Assembly (NCBI GenBank): GCA_017469685.1
Contig: JAFUFW010000055.1
Span: 40,044-104,043 of the forward strand
Length of the DNA: 64,000 nt
Direction: 5' to 3'
Origin: Bacteroidaceae bacterium
Lineage (GTDB): Bacteria > Bacteroidota > Bacteroidia > Bacteroidales > Bacteroidaceae
Shown here: piece by piece, positions 30,123 to 39,865 of the stretch
Numbering within the stretch: position 1 is the first letter of the stretch
How the letters are laid out: every line of letters begins with the position of its first letter
Notes under the pieces: generated by a model
Told to the model about the DNA's origin: nothing
Databases searched by the model: none
The model's input: only the letters and a program-made list of their open reading frames with translations
Translations under genes and position numbers: made by a program

Positions 30123-33100
30123 TTATCGAACCATGACCTTACGACCACCTACGACATATATGTTCGGGGTCGGATTCGGATTGGGAGACAGGACTCGCCG
30201 CCCGCTGAGGTCGTAAGCCTCTAAGGTTTCCTCCGCCTGACTTTCGGCTGGTATTGATATTGCTGTGATGTCGCTCTTCTTCAGCACCTCAAACTCAGCT
30301 GGATTAGCTTTGTTAGAATAAATGTAAGAGCCGGAAGTATGATTATCGAAGTTGAAGTACTGCATACCCATCTCTGCACCGCGCAAGCGGATAGTCTTCT
30401 CGGCTGTCTGCTCAACGAGTATCCATTGGGCGTGTGCCGAGGCATCCAGCGTTGAAGTTGCGTTGACATGCCAACTGCTGACAGTCATATACTGCTTCGG
30501 GTCCTGAGTGTTGAGCGTGTAATAAGCAGTGTACTTACTGACCTTACCGAAATGAAAGGCATAGCTCTGGTCGCTAAAGTCTGTAGTATTCAGTTTCCCG
30601 AGGGCAAAAGCGCCTTCGCTACTGCCAGAGACATAGTGAAGGAAGAGCCCTGAGGCTTTGTGGCGAAGATAGTAAAACGACGAAACACCCGTAGTAAACG
30701 CGGCAGAGATGGCCTCTGGACGGTCGGCCGTGGACTCAGGGACTATGCCAAGTTCTGCAGCAGAGGCGTAGCCTTGATTGTCGTGAGTAGAGCGAATGAT
30801 GACACGGAAGTAACGCCCGACGGGACGGGTTGGCAACTCAATCTCCTGCACAGAAGAATTATTCTGCAGCGTGCCTGTCAGCACGGGAGCGCCCCAGACC
30901 GAGGCATTACTGCTGACATAAAGTTCATACTCCTTAATACGTCCATTGCTCATGTCCTCACGCCCCTGATAGACGAATTTGGCCACGGTGTAGAAAGTAG
31001 ACATGTCTATGACCACTTCATGCGGACATGTGGGCTTAGTAGGATTGTATTGCGTGTGCCAGATGGTGGAAGCGTTCTCGTCAATGACGTTCTTCACAGC
31101 TTCACCACCACCCTGCTCACTGCTGCAACTTATGACGCGCCAGCGGCTTTTGCTGACATACATCCCCAGTCGCTCCTCGCTTGCAGGGCTGTCAGCTAAG
31201 CCTTCTGCTGTGGCCCAAGTACGCAGGAGCCCTCCATTTGTCAGAGATAGCGGTGCGCTGTAGACCTGCTCCTGGCCGCCGTCTATGCTATAATGTATGA
31301 TGGCGTTGGGAGTTGGGCAGGATAGTGTAACCACGCCTTTCTCTGATTTAATGTCAACAGGGGAGCATACAGGCGAGATGATGCGGGCACGCTCGGCCAG
31401 CTGTTCGTCGGTCTGGGCACTTGCCACAGGCATAAGCAAGAACGACATGTTTGTCTTTGCAGCCCTGACGCGGTAAACATCGATGACATCAGGGCCACAG
31501 CTGGCGTTGCCGAGGGCGCGATTGTAAGCGTCGATATTGAGGATTGTTTCGTTGCAGAACTTCACCTCGTAAGGATGTTTCTTGCGGTCGCCTCCACTAT
31601 TGTAGTTATCTTCGGGGCGGAAGTGGCCAGCGCTCATTGCCAATAGGTCAGGAGCCACGACAAGGATGCCCTGTCCGCCATCGTTAGTGATAGCCATCCA
31701 ACGAACTTCTTCCTTATTACCTTGCTCCTGAGGCAGCACGTAATTTGTCCATTCGTCACTGACGCGGCTGTGGTGTAGTCCAACAAGAGCTGCTTCTCTG
31801 CGGTCGCGATAGCTGTCTTGAGGTCCGCGGCCAAGCCACGTCATATTCTCAAAGCCTTTAGGAAACTCTGTGCGCAAACCCATACGGGGGAGTTCAACTC
31901 CCTTGCTCGTCGGGTCAATGGAAACATTTACGACGATGGCTCCGTCGGCCAGCACGCGGAACGTCTGACGGACTGTGAACTTGTTGTCGCCCGCTGCAGC
32001 ATAGGTATTTGTAGCGGCAAGGGTCACGCTCTTGCCATCGTCGGTCTTCGTCACCTCCCAAGCACCCGGCGTCAGCATCAGCCTTCGTATGCCCATCTCG
32101 TCGTAGGTGCCTGTACGCCCACGCTCATTGTCGGTAGGCAGACGGAACACCTGCAGGGTCAGCGGCGACTTTATTACCTCTGTGCCTTGAACGCTGTACG
32201 AGGCCAACTGCCCCCGCTTGAAACTAACGGCGAAATTGTCGCCGGTGAGATCTACGGTCGTCCCCGACTCATTCACTTGAATGGCTGAACCTTCTGCCGC
32301 CACGTATGGTGTACGTCCTGTGGCCTGACGCAGGCGGAATTCTTCTTTTGCCACCTCGAAGCCAGCAGGAGCCCACTCAGTGGCATTCTTCTGAGTGGCG
32401 CTGAAGCGGATGAAATATTCGGCTTTCGGATTTGACGGATTAGCCACTGCATTCTTGGCCTCGGCGATGGTAACGTCCATCGTCTCACCTACGCCGATTC
32501 GTACGTCGCCAATTGTGCCGCTGGCGCATTCTATGCCGTCGGCGAGGATTGAGTAGGTCACGTTGAGGTCGTCGAGCACGCGCTGCTGCAGCTTGCTCTT
32601 GAGGGTGAACGTACCTGCAAGACTGTCCTTTACGAAGAAATCAACAGGCTGATATATCTTCTTCATGTTGTAGCTCTTAGCCGTAGGAGTGTTGTCGGCA
32701 AGCACTACTCCGTTGCAGCAGAAGTTATTGTCATTTGGGTTGTCTCCGAAGTCGCCGCCATAGGCCCAATATTCTCCGTTGGCAATATTAAGGGTTGAAA
32801 CGACGTCGGCCTTGCTGCTGCGACCGAGCACCTCGAAGGTCAGCGGCGCCCCTGTGGCACTCACCTTAAGTCCCTGGTCCTTCCAGTCCCAGACAAATTC
32901 GCCGCAGAGTGCCGGGTATTTCTCGTAGAGGTTGAAGTACTCACGCTGGTTGCCCATGGCATTACCCATGGCATGGGTGTTCTCACACTGCACATGAGGC
33001 CGTATGCCCGTCTTGCCGTTCTGGTAGTCGCTGAGGCGGTCGCGCCCGATGCTCTCCATGTTAGACAGGCTGCCGTACATTGTACTTGTTACCGAACTCC

Positions 33101-34664
33101 AGGTGCTGTTGCCCTCGTAATGGGTCAGACGTGTATTGTCGAGACGGGCTATGCTGTCCATGACTGTCTGGAAGTTGTCGCCGTTGCCACTCTCGTTACC
33201 TGCGCTCCATATAATAATAGATGTGTGATTACGAAGCGTCAGCACCTGCCGCACAGAGCGCTCCACCATGGGCCATCGGAAAGCTTCCTCGTGAGAGAGG
33301 CCCGTATTGCCATGACACTCCACATCAGCCTCAGCCAGGACATAGATACCCAGACGATCGCAAAGGTCGTAGAGGTAAGGGTTATTGGGATAATGTGAGG
33401 TGCGGATAGCGTTGACGTTGAGGCGCTTCATCTGCATCACGTCGGTTTCTATCTCCTCTTTGGTGAGCGTGCGCCCGCCATTCTCACTGAAGCTGTGGCG
33501 GTCTACGCCGTGGAAAATTATCGGGTTGCCATTGACCAGCAGAGCACCGTCGCGACCTACGCTGACTGTGCGGAAGCCAATCTTCAGCGAACGGACGTCT
33601 ATGTCGCGACCACCCTGCCGCAAGCTAACGACGAGGTCGTACAACTTAGGGTGCTCGGCGCTCCAGGCTGTGATGCCTGCAATATCAGTAAACTTTAACT
33701 CAACGTCGCCGACAGCATTTGCTGAAGCAGTGGCAGTAGCCTTCACCTGCGAACCATCCAGCACTTGAGCCCGCACTTCGGTGCCTGCGGCCACGTCGCC
33801 TTCAAGACTTACCGTAAGGGCAGCTTCAGCGGCAGTGTTGCCCAAACTGAGTGCAGTTGTTCGGAAGAAGAAGTCGCGGATATGGCTCTTTGGTGCGCTC
33901 CAGAGGTACACGTCTCGCGTGATGCCTGTCAGGCGCCAATAGTCCTGACACTCGAGGAAGGAACCGCTGGTGAAACGATAGACGCGAACGCTTACGTTGT
34001 TCACGCCCGCGCGTACCTTATCTGTTATGTTCCATTCACTGGGCAGATAGGAGTCCTCGGCATAGCCGACGAACTGGCCATTGACCCACACGTAGTAGCC
34101 GTGGCCGGCACCGTTGAAGCGAAGAAAGACATCGCGCCCTGCCCACGACTCGGGCAGGGTGAATTCGCGGCGATAAGAGCCAACGGGATTCTTATTTGAG
34201 CCTGTGTAGGTGAACCAGCTTGGACGGTCAGCCATAACGCTCCACGTGTTGCTGTCGTAACTGAAGGGATAACCAGTGTTGACGTACAGCGGCTTGTCCC
34301 ACTGCTTGCCGTGGCGAAGGCCGTAGACCTGCCATGAGGATGGCACCTCTATCTCGTCCCATGCCGAAGCGTTGAACAAGTCCTGAAAAAATGTCTTATG
34401 TGCATTCTCTGGTGTGCCAGTCCAGCGGAATTTCCACGTACCGTTGAGCGAGAGGAACCACGGCGAAGCCTCAAGGGCATTGGTGGGCGTGTAGGCGGCT
34501 GCGGCCCCCTCAGCGCTTGCCACGGGAATGTCGAGAGTGTGAGCCCGCACGCGATGAAGGTTGGTAACGCTGACGTCGTCCCATTCTTTAAGTGTCTGAG
34601 CGTTAGCAACCATTGCTGCCAGAAGGAGCACTATGGTCGTAGCTATCGTTGTAAGACGTTTCAT
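30123..34664 (-). CDS. GH2 beta-galactosidase with C-terminal chitobiase-type Ig, F5/8 type C (CBM32-like), beta-trefoil-like and T9SS sorting domains
   Basis: Signal peptide present. GH2 motifs are IIWSAGNESGNG, VQCENTHAMGNAMG and FRLPTDNERG. The discoidin-like segment is WRVISCSSEQGG...IWHTQY...RYFRVIIRS. The C-terminal tail YDLSGRRVLSPNPNPTPNIYVVGGRKVMVR is typical of a T9SS CTD. Confidence 0.85.
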   Translation of the reverse strand: MKRLTTIATTIVLLLAAMVANAQTLKEWDDVSVTNLHRVRAHTLDIPVASAEGAAAAYTPTNALEASPWFLSLNGTWKFRWTGTPENAHKTFFQDLFNASAWDEIEVPSSWQVYGLRHGKQWDKPLYVNTGYPFSYDSNTWSVMADRPSWFTYTGSNKNPVGSYRREFTLPESWAGRDVFLRFNGAGHGYYVWVNGQFVGYAEDSYLPSEWNITDKVRAGVNNVSVRVYRFTSGSFLECQDYWRLTGITRDVYLWSAPKSHIRDFFFRTTALSLGNTAAEAALTVSLEGDVAAGTEVRAQVLDGSQVKATATASANAVGDVELKFTDIAGITAWSAEHPKLYDLVVSLRQGGRDIDVRSLKIGFRTVSVGRDGALLVNGNPIIFHGVDRHSFSENGGRTLTKEEIETDVMQMKRLNVNAIRTSHYPNNPYLYDLCDRLGIYVLAEADVECHGNTGLSHEEAFRWPMVERSVRQVLTLRNHTSIIIWSAGNESGNGDNFQTVMDSIARLDNTRLTHYEGNSTWSSVTSTMYGSLSNMESIGRDRLSDYQNGKTGIRPHVQCENTHAMGNAMGNQREYFNLYEKYPALCGEFVWDWKDQGLKVSATGAPLTFEVLGRSSKADVVSTLNIANGEYWAYGGDFGDNPNDNNFCCNGVVLADNTPTAKSYNMKKIYQPVDFFVKDSLAGTFTLKSKLQQRVLDDLNVTYSILADGIECASGTIGDVRIGVGETMDVTIAEAKNAVANPSNPKAEYFIRFSATQKNATEWAPAGFEVAKEEFRLRQATGRTPYVAAEGSAIQVNESGTTVDLTGDNFAVSFKRGQLASYSVQGTEVIKSPLTLQVFRLPTDNERGRTGTYDEMGIRRLMLTPGAWEVTKTDDGKSVTLAATNTYAAAGDNKFTVRQTFRVLADGAIVVNVSIDPTSKGVELPRMGLRTEFPKGFENMTWLGRGPQDSYRDRREAALVGLHHSRVSDEWTNYVLPQEQGNKEEVRWMAITNDGGQGILVVAPDLLAMSAGHFRPEDNYNSGGDRKKHPYEVKFCNETILNIDAYNRALGNASCGPDVIDVYRVRAAKTNMSFLLMPVASAQTDEQLAERARIISPVCSPVDIKSEKGVVTLSCPTPNAIIHYSIDGGQEQVYSAPLSLTNGGLLRTWATAEGLADSPASEERLGMYVSKSRWRVISCSSEQGGGEAVKNVIDENASTIWHTQYNPTKPTCPHEVVIDMSTFYTVAKFVYQGREDMSNGRIKEYELYVSSNASVWGAPVLTGTLQNNSSVQEIELPTRPVGRYFRVIIRSTHDNQGYASAAELGIVPESTADRPEAISAAFTTGVSSFYYLRHKASGLFLHYVSGSSEGAFALGKLNTTDFSDQSYAFHFGKVSKYTAYYTLNTQDPKQYMTVSSWHVNATSTLDASAHAQWILVEQTAEKTIRLRGAEMGMQYFNFDNHTSGSYIYSNKANPAEFEVLKKSDITAISIPAESQAEETLEAYDLSGRRVLSPNPNPTPNIYVVGGRKVMVR

Positions 34665-34705
34665 AGAGTTCTGGAGTTTGTTAATTATCAGGAAGAACTA
34701 CCGCA

Positions 34706-34713
34706 CAAAGTTA
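34706..34713 (-). promoter_or_regulatory. -7 promoter box (TAACTTTG) for the GH2 T9SS gene
   Basis: The minus strand reads taactttgtg, about 42 nt upstream of the ATG at 34664. Confidence 0.45.
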
Positions 34714-34793
34714 TAAAAAAAATCATTCGCCATCGTGTTTTACAATAAAAATCTGTTAGAATTTCTCTTTTTCTATTTCTGCGCATCAAATAC

Positions 34794-34832
34794 GTAAAAC
34801 AAAAGCGGCGGAGCAGGCTTGCTGCTCCACCG
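34794..34832 (-). terminator. Rho-independent terminator after the CotH-family gene
   Basis: The minus strand reads gcggtggagcag-caagc-ctgctccgccgc followed by ttttgtttt. Confidence 0.7.
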
Positions 34833-34856
34833 CTATTTGTCAAATGGCTTATGCTT

Positions 34857-37800
34857 TTACTTTACTACGACCTTCCGTCCGCCGATGATGTAAATGCCCG
34901 GCTGGCTGATAGTGTCAATGCGTCGGCCTGCGAGGTCGTAGACCGTCTTGTCTTTCGCGCGCTCGGCTGTTGTGCTGACGCCGTCGTATATCTCTGGTGC
35001 GTCTGACACTTGGAAGGTGGAATAAGTTGCAGTGAGGCTTCGTGGGTCATTCCACACTTTGAGTGCGCTGCGCGTGCCACCATACTGGCTGATGCAAGTG
35101 TTGAGCGTACCTTCAACACGCAGGACGAAGCCGTCGGAATTAGGAAGTATTTCCCACGAGTAATCACCTTCGCGCATGACTACGTTACCATCAACGTTGG
35201 TCAGCACCTCGTCAAGTCCGGCAGTGCGGTTGAAGACGAGGACGTGGTAGGGATTGCCGCCGAAGGCCCATTGGTATTCGGGCTGCTTGACGGCCTCTGG
35301 ATCGTTGACGATTGCAGGATAGTAGGGTTCGGGAGCATCGCCGGTCTTACCAACCCTACCTACCATGTAGTTAGAGCGGATGGTCATATTGTACCAGTGT
35401 GCGTCGTCGATTGATGTCGTGAACTCAAATGGGCCGACCCACTTGGCTTCGAAGTCGACGGTGGTATTGTCAGTAACGAAAATGGGATGTGAGCCTACAG
35501 GTTCGAGTTCTATGAATGCACTCTCCCAACTCTCATCGGGTTCGGGAACTTCTGCACCCGGGGGCATCTTCATGGACTGTGTCGCAACGATTTCCCCATC
35601 ATAGTACAAGTTCATAGTCAGGTCAAGCAAACTGCCTTCAGCCAGTTCGAGAGCCTCTGTGGGATCGAAACTGCCGACCTCCTCAAACAACCAGCGGTCA
35701 CCGTCGTCGGGAGTATTATAGTTGTTGATGACCATCGTCTGTGAGTTGTTGTTGAACCACTTGGTCTCCCCTGTCTCTGTAGTGGTGCTAATCATGTAGA
35801 CATACTCTTCATCTGGGTGTGTATTGTCGAAGGAGAGCGGCGAACCGAGTTGAGGTACCCATGTGCCATTGTTGCTCCAATTGAGGAACATCTTGGTGAC
35901 GGGGCTGTAGAGATAGTACAGACCTTGGATGTTAAGTATGGCAAATTGCTTGTCCTCCTCGGGAGCCCATGTTCGTGTCTGCCCGGCTGTGATGCCGGTG
36001 TGGTCGTCGTTGAGCACAAGACCTCCGCGGCGGCAGGTGATGGTGTAAAGCTTGTTGTTGGCAAATTCTACCTCTACGGGCACAACGGGCTTCACGATGT
36101 CGGGCCTGACGTCGTTAAGGATGTCGTTGTAGATTTTATTGGCACGTGTCGTGAGCCAGTTGGCAGCCTGTGTGACTTGCTGCTCATAGTTTGTACGGTC
36201 GCCCCAGACGTTGCGGTTGTCATCGAAGGAGGAATGGGCGAAGTCGTAGTAGTCCTGCACGTATTCGACGAGTTCCTGTAGGTCATCATCCATAAACTTC
36301 TGCCACAACTCGCTGTAGATATTGCACACGTTCTCGTTTTTCCAACGTAGCTCCTGGAAGAACTGCTTAACACTGGCAGCCCATTCGGGAGCGTTAATCC
36401 AATAGTTTGTCGTTGAGTTATCTTGATAGTAGCGTCCGTGGCCTTCGTAGCCGTAAGCCCAGTCGAGGTCCCACACGGGGCCGAAGACGTACTTGCTGGT
36501 GTCACTCTCAAAGCTCTCGCGGTAGCAGAAGGTGCTCTTGGGGTGGTAGAGTTCGTAGTTGTTGATGAGCTCATTGACCATGAGGAATCTCACGAGCTGC
36601 TCTTCGTCGACGTAGCGCGAGATATCCCGCCCGCGATAGAGTGCAGCCAAGAAGGCATTGAAGTTGTCGCGAATGATGTCCAAGGTAAGGCGCGTCGTAC
36701 CTTCGCTGAAATCGGGGTCCTTGATGTTGATAGGCAAGTCGTAGGGCGAGGACCTGAACTTCTGCCCTTCAGGCTCGTCGTAGTAGGAGTCGAGTTCGAG
36801 CAGTGCGGCAGCGCTCTCGTCTTCGAGGTCAACGCTGTTGTTGGCAAGCCCCACCTTCTCGGTAAGATTGTAGCTTCCACGATATTCGCCGTTGAGATAG
36901 AGGTCTACGGGCACAATGTGGTTGGCAGCAGCAGCTCCCATGAGATTGGCTGCTTTCATGCCTATTGCGTTGGACATGAGTGAGCCTGTCTGATAGTTGC
37001 TCAGGAGCACCCAGCTCTTGCCCTTTGTCATTCCAAGGGGCTTCACTTTCTCGGCAAACTTAAGGCGGTAGGGCTTCTTTGGCCAATTCCAGCTGCTGTT
37101 GCCGCGGCCTTTAATCTGCACAACAGTTTCTTCCATTGAGGGGAAAATGCCGTGCCCGTCGATACTAATGAGTGCGTCTTTGAAATAGTCCTTGCTTGTG
37201 ATGGGCTGCCCGTCGTCGGTATCGATGAAGATTGTAGGCACCTCGGCGCGGTCGGTTAGCCAGTCGACATGAATACACACCATGCGGCCATAAGGCTGCA
37301 TGGCGTAGCCGCCATCGACAGGCAGGAGCATGGTTATGCCAGGGCGCGTGACAACGTAGTAGATGTCGTGGTCGAAGCGCAGGCGCGACACCTTGCTGTC
37401 CTGCTGTTCGCCGTCTACGTAGACGAGCGTCTGGTCGTCAGGCACCTTGAACGAAGGGGTAAGGCGCTTGCCTATGGCGGCAATGGTGACGTTGACGGTG
37501 TCGCCAACCATTTCGCCGATTGCGTCGGTGAAGAGCTGGTCGTTGAACTTATTGTTGAACTTAAAGGATACGAACGTCGGGAAGTCCGTGGGCGCAGTCT
37601 GACTCGTGTGGTCCACATCAGTGAGCGCATAAGTGTAGGTCTGTCCGAACGTAGTTTCTATGATTAGTTTTCCGCCTGCCTCACTGTAGGAGCTCACGTA
37701 ATCCAGTGGATATGCCTCCAACCGGCCGTCGGCGAGGTACACATGCAGGGCCTTCGGGAACTTCGTCATCGTTTTCGGGTCGACGGGATCCGGGCCAGGG

Positions 37801-38327
37801 TCGGGACCAGGACCGGGGTCGGGGCTGCTGCCCTTCTTCGTGAACACGTAGTGCTCGTTGAGCGAAGAGCCGCCGCTGCCCGAGTATGTGCCCAGCATGC
37901 CCTGACCCGCACGCAGGTTCCACCAGTAGGCTTCGTTAGCTTTGCTCTGGATGCTGACAGAGCCGTCGCCGTTTTCGACGACCGTCCAGTACTGCGCCGG
38001 GCTCTCAGGCTCCGTGGCCAGCGTCATCCATTTATAGTACTGGTCCACACGTCCGTCGGTGTACACGAGGTACTCGCCCGACACCTCGTTACGGAAAGTG
38101 TAGCCCGAACGTGTGTTAGTGACTACCCAGTAGCCGTCGGCGGCTATGGTGCCGCCATCGTTGATATAGCATATGTAAGGGGCCATGTCGTGTTTCGCGC
38201 CGAGGGCGACATAGCCATCCGTCTGCACACATGAGATGGAATAGGTGCCGTCGTCAATTACGGCGGCCATGATGCCGCCCATGCTGAGCAACAGCGCCAG
38301 TGCTGTCAAGGTAAATTTCTTCTTCAT
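34857..38327 (-). CDS. CotH kinase-family protein with an N-terminal beta-trefoil-like domain, PDPG linker, two C-terminal modules and a T9SS sorting domain
   Basis: The CotH-like core is IKGRGNSSWNWPKKPYRLKF...KSWVLLSNYQTGSLMSNAIGMKAANLMG...YLNGEYRGSYNLTEK. The signal peptide is MKKKFTLTALALLLSMGG. The C-terminal tail VYDLAGRRIDTISQPGIYIIGGRKVVVK fits a T9SS CTD. Confidence 0.75.
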   Translation of the reverse strand: MKKKFTLTALALLLSMGGIMAAVIDDGTYSISCVQTDGYVALGAKHDMAPYICYINDGGTIAADGYWVVTNTRSGYTFRNEVSGEYLVYTDGRVDQYYKWMTLATEPESPAQYWTVVENGDGSVSIQSKANEAYWWNLRAGQGMLGTYSGSGGSSLNEHYVFTKKGSSPDPGPGPDPGPDPVDPKTMTKFPKALHVYLADGRLEAYPLDYVSSYSEAGGKLIIETTFGQTYTYALTDVDHTSQTAPTDFPTFVSFKFNNKFNDQLFTDAIGEMVGDTVNVTIAAIGKRLTPSFKVPDDQTLVYVDGEQQDSKVSRLRFDHDIYYVVTRPGITMLLPVDGGYAMQPYGRMVCIHVDWLTDRAEVPTIFIDTDDGQPITSKDYFKDALISIDGHGIFPSMEETVVQIKGRGNSSWNWPKKPYRLKFAEKVKPLGMTKGKSWVLLSNYQTGSLMSNAIGMKAANLMGAAAANHIVPVDLYLNGEYRGSYNLTEKVGLANNSVDLEDESAAALLELDSYYDEPEGQKFRSSPYDLPINIKDPDFSEGTTRLTLDIIRDNFNAFLAALYRGRDISRYVDEEQLVRFLMVNELINNYELYHPKSTFCYRESFESDTSKYVFGPVWDLDWAYGYEGHGRYYQDNSTTNYWINAPEWAASVKQFFQELRWKNENVCNIYSELWQKFMDDDLQELVEYVQDYYDFAHSSFDDNRNVWGDRTNYEQQVTQAANWLTTRANKIYNDILNDVRPDIVKPVVPVEVEFANNKLYTITCRRGGLVLNDDHTGITAGQTRTWAPEEDKQFAILNIQGLYYLYSPVTKMFLNWSNNGTWVPQLGSPLSFDNTHPDEEYVYMISTTTETGETKWFNNNSQTMVINNYNTPDDGDRWLFEEVGSFDPTEALELAEGSLLDLTMNLYYDGEIVATQSMKMPPGAEVPEPDESWESAFIELEPVGSHPIFVTDNTTVDFEAKWVGPFEFTTSIDDAHWYNMTIRSNYMVGRVGKTGDAPEPYYPAIVNDPEAVKQPEYQWAFGGNPYHVLVFNRTAGLDEVLTNVDGNVVMREGDYSWEILPNSDGFVLRVEGTLNTCISQYGGTRSALKVWNDPRSLTATYSTFQVSDAPEIYDGVSTTAERAKDKTVYDLAGRRIDTISQPGIYIIGGRKVVVK

Positions 38328-38403
38328 CGCAGGTATTGCGTTTTAGCGTAAACTATATATGCCCACTAATATAATTAATGTGCAAATCTTTCAAAAATCG
38401 ACG

Positions 38404-38411
38404 CAAAGATA
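38404..38411 (-). promoter_or_regulatory. -7 promoter box (TATCTTTG) upstream of the CotH-family gene
   Basis: The minus strand reads tatctttgcg, about 77 nt upstream of the ATG. A second candidate, agatttgcac, lies at 38380-38389. Confidence 0.35.
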
Positions 38412-38573
38412 GCTTTTTTTTTAATTCGGCAATGTTTTCTTAAACTTTTTCTGCTTCTTAATACCGCTCTTTGGCTATACTTTATACCCCACCCCTGCAA
38501 AGGACCACGAAAAAAACCTCAAGGTTTAATTTCTGGAGCACCTTTACCTGGCGGCAAGGCAGGCCGTGACTGA

Positions 38574-39680
38574 TTATACTTTCAGGAAGATTTTCTTACG
38601 GTAGAGGACGTAGAGAAAGAGCCAGCAGACAATGATGTAGGCGGCCGACGAGAAGAATGGCCGGGCGCTTTCGGGCAGAAGGCCGACAAGACCGCCGAAG
38701 ACTTTTTCTGATGTGAAGGAGAAATTAATGAATTTCTGCCCGAGGTAGATGGCGATGGAGTTCATGCCTATCACGGTGAAGAAAGGAGTCCAACGGCGAC
38801 AGCTCCGAACGTCGATAATCCAGTAGAACAGGGCAAACAAAAGCAGAGAATAGGCCCCCACGACAAGCACGAACGAGCTGGTCCACAGCTTCTTGTTGAC
38901 AGGGAACCAAATGCTCCACACCAGACCTGCAGCAAGCATTACGATGCCGGCAACGACCATCCACACGACCTTCTTTGAGGGCGAGAGCCACTCGCGCTGC
39001 AGCTGCAGCCACTCGCCGGTGAACATGCCAAGCAGCGCCGTGGCTATAGCGGGCAGGGCGCTCAGCAGACCCTCGGGGTCAATGTTACCATAAATGATGG
39101 TGCCGGGCAACAATATGCGGTCGACATAGCCCGTGATGGAGCCTTGAGCACTGAACACGTCAGCACCGCCACCGTCGGGGGCAGGCACGAAACGCATGAG
39201 CAGGTAGTAGCCAAGAAGAAGCACAGCGGTGATAGCCACACGAGGCTTCCAGCCTGTGTGCATGAAGATCAGGGCGCCGAACATCCAGGCCAAGCCAATG
39301 CGCCCGAGGACGCTGGCATAGCGGGCCTCAGCGAAGTTCCAACTGCTGAGGAAGCCATTGTAGATAACCCCCAGAAGCACCAGGGTAAGCCCACGGCGGA
39401 CTACCTTCCAACATATTGCCCCTTCACTCTTGCCTCGTCCGCGCTGCTTTGCCAGCGACAAGGGGAAAGCGATGCCGGCGATGAAAAGGAAGAGCGGGAA
39501 TATGGTGTCGTGGTGCGTCAGACCATGCCAGTCCACATGACCCATCTGGCGCGCCAACTCCTCGGTGAAGCCGCAAGGGAACCACTGCGCCAAGGCTGCA
39601 AGCAAGCCTGCGCCACCCATGATGAAAAACATGTCAAAGCCCCGCAGGGCATCAAGCGATTGCAAACGTTTCGATTCCAT
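38574..39680 (-). CDS. DUF5009 / HGSNAT-like integral membrane acyltransferase
   Basis: N-terminal RLQSLDALRGFDMFFIMGG, followed by roughly 9-10 hydrophobic helices. Confidence 0.65.
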   Translation of the reverse strand: MESKRLQSLDALRGFDMFFIMGGAGLLAALAQWFPCGFTEELARQMGHVDWHGLTHHDTIFPLFLFIAGIAFPLSLAKQRGRGKSEGAICWKVVRRGLTLVLLGVIYNGFLSSWNFAEARYASVLGRIGLAWMFGALIFMHTGWKPRVAITAVLLLGYYLLMRFVPAPDGGGADVFSAQGSITGYVDRILLPGTIIYGNIDPEGLLSALPAIATALLGMFTGEWLQLQREWLSPSKKVVWMVVAGIVMLAAGLVWSIWFPVNKKLWTSSFVLVVGAYSLLLFALFYWIIDVRSCRRWTPFFTVIGMNSIAIYLGQKFINFSFTSEKVFGGLVGLLPESARPFFSSAAYIIVCWLFLYVLYRKKIFLKV

Positions 39681-39727
39681 ATAACTTATTTTGATTATTG
39701 AATGACTCCGTCAGAAATTGATGCCTG

Positions 39728-39735
39728 CAAAATTA
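39728..39735 (-). promoter_or_regulatory. -7 promoter box (TAATTTTG) for the acyltransferase gene
   Basis: The minus strand reads taattttgcag, about 48 nt upstream of the start at 39680. Confidence 0.4.
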
Positions 39736-39819
39736 AGCAATATTCCAATCCAAGCTAACAAATTGTCTGATTATTTTCATTTTTCCATTCTTATCTTTCG
39801 TTTTTTCACACAAAAACCT

Positions 39820-39827
39820 TACCTTTG
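39820..39827 (+). promoter_or_regulatory. -7 promoter box (TACCTTTG)
   Basis: tacctttgcac lies about 39 nt upstream of the ATG at 39866. Confidence 0.5.
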
Positions 39828-39865
39828 CACGCAAAATAATCACGTACAACAGCACAAGCACACTT

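Noticed and set aside
37780-37830. Low-complexity GC-rich DNA (gggtcgggaccaggaccggggtcgggg) read as a possible non-coding repeat.
   Set aside because: It is in frame within the CotH-family gene and encodes a PDPGPGPDPGPDP interdomain linker.
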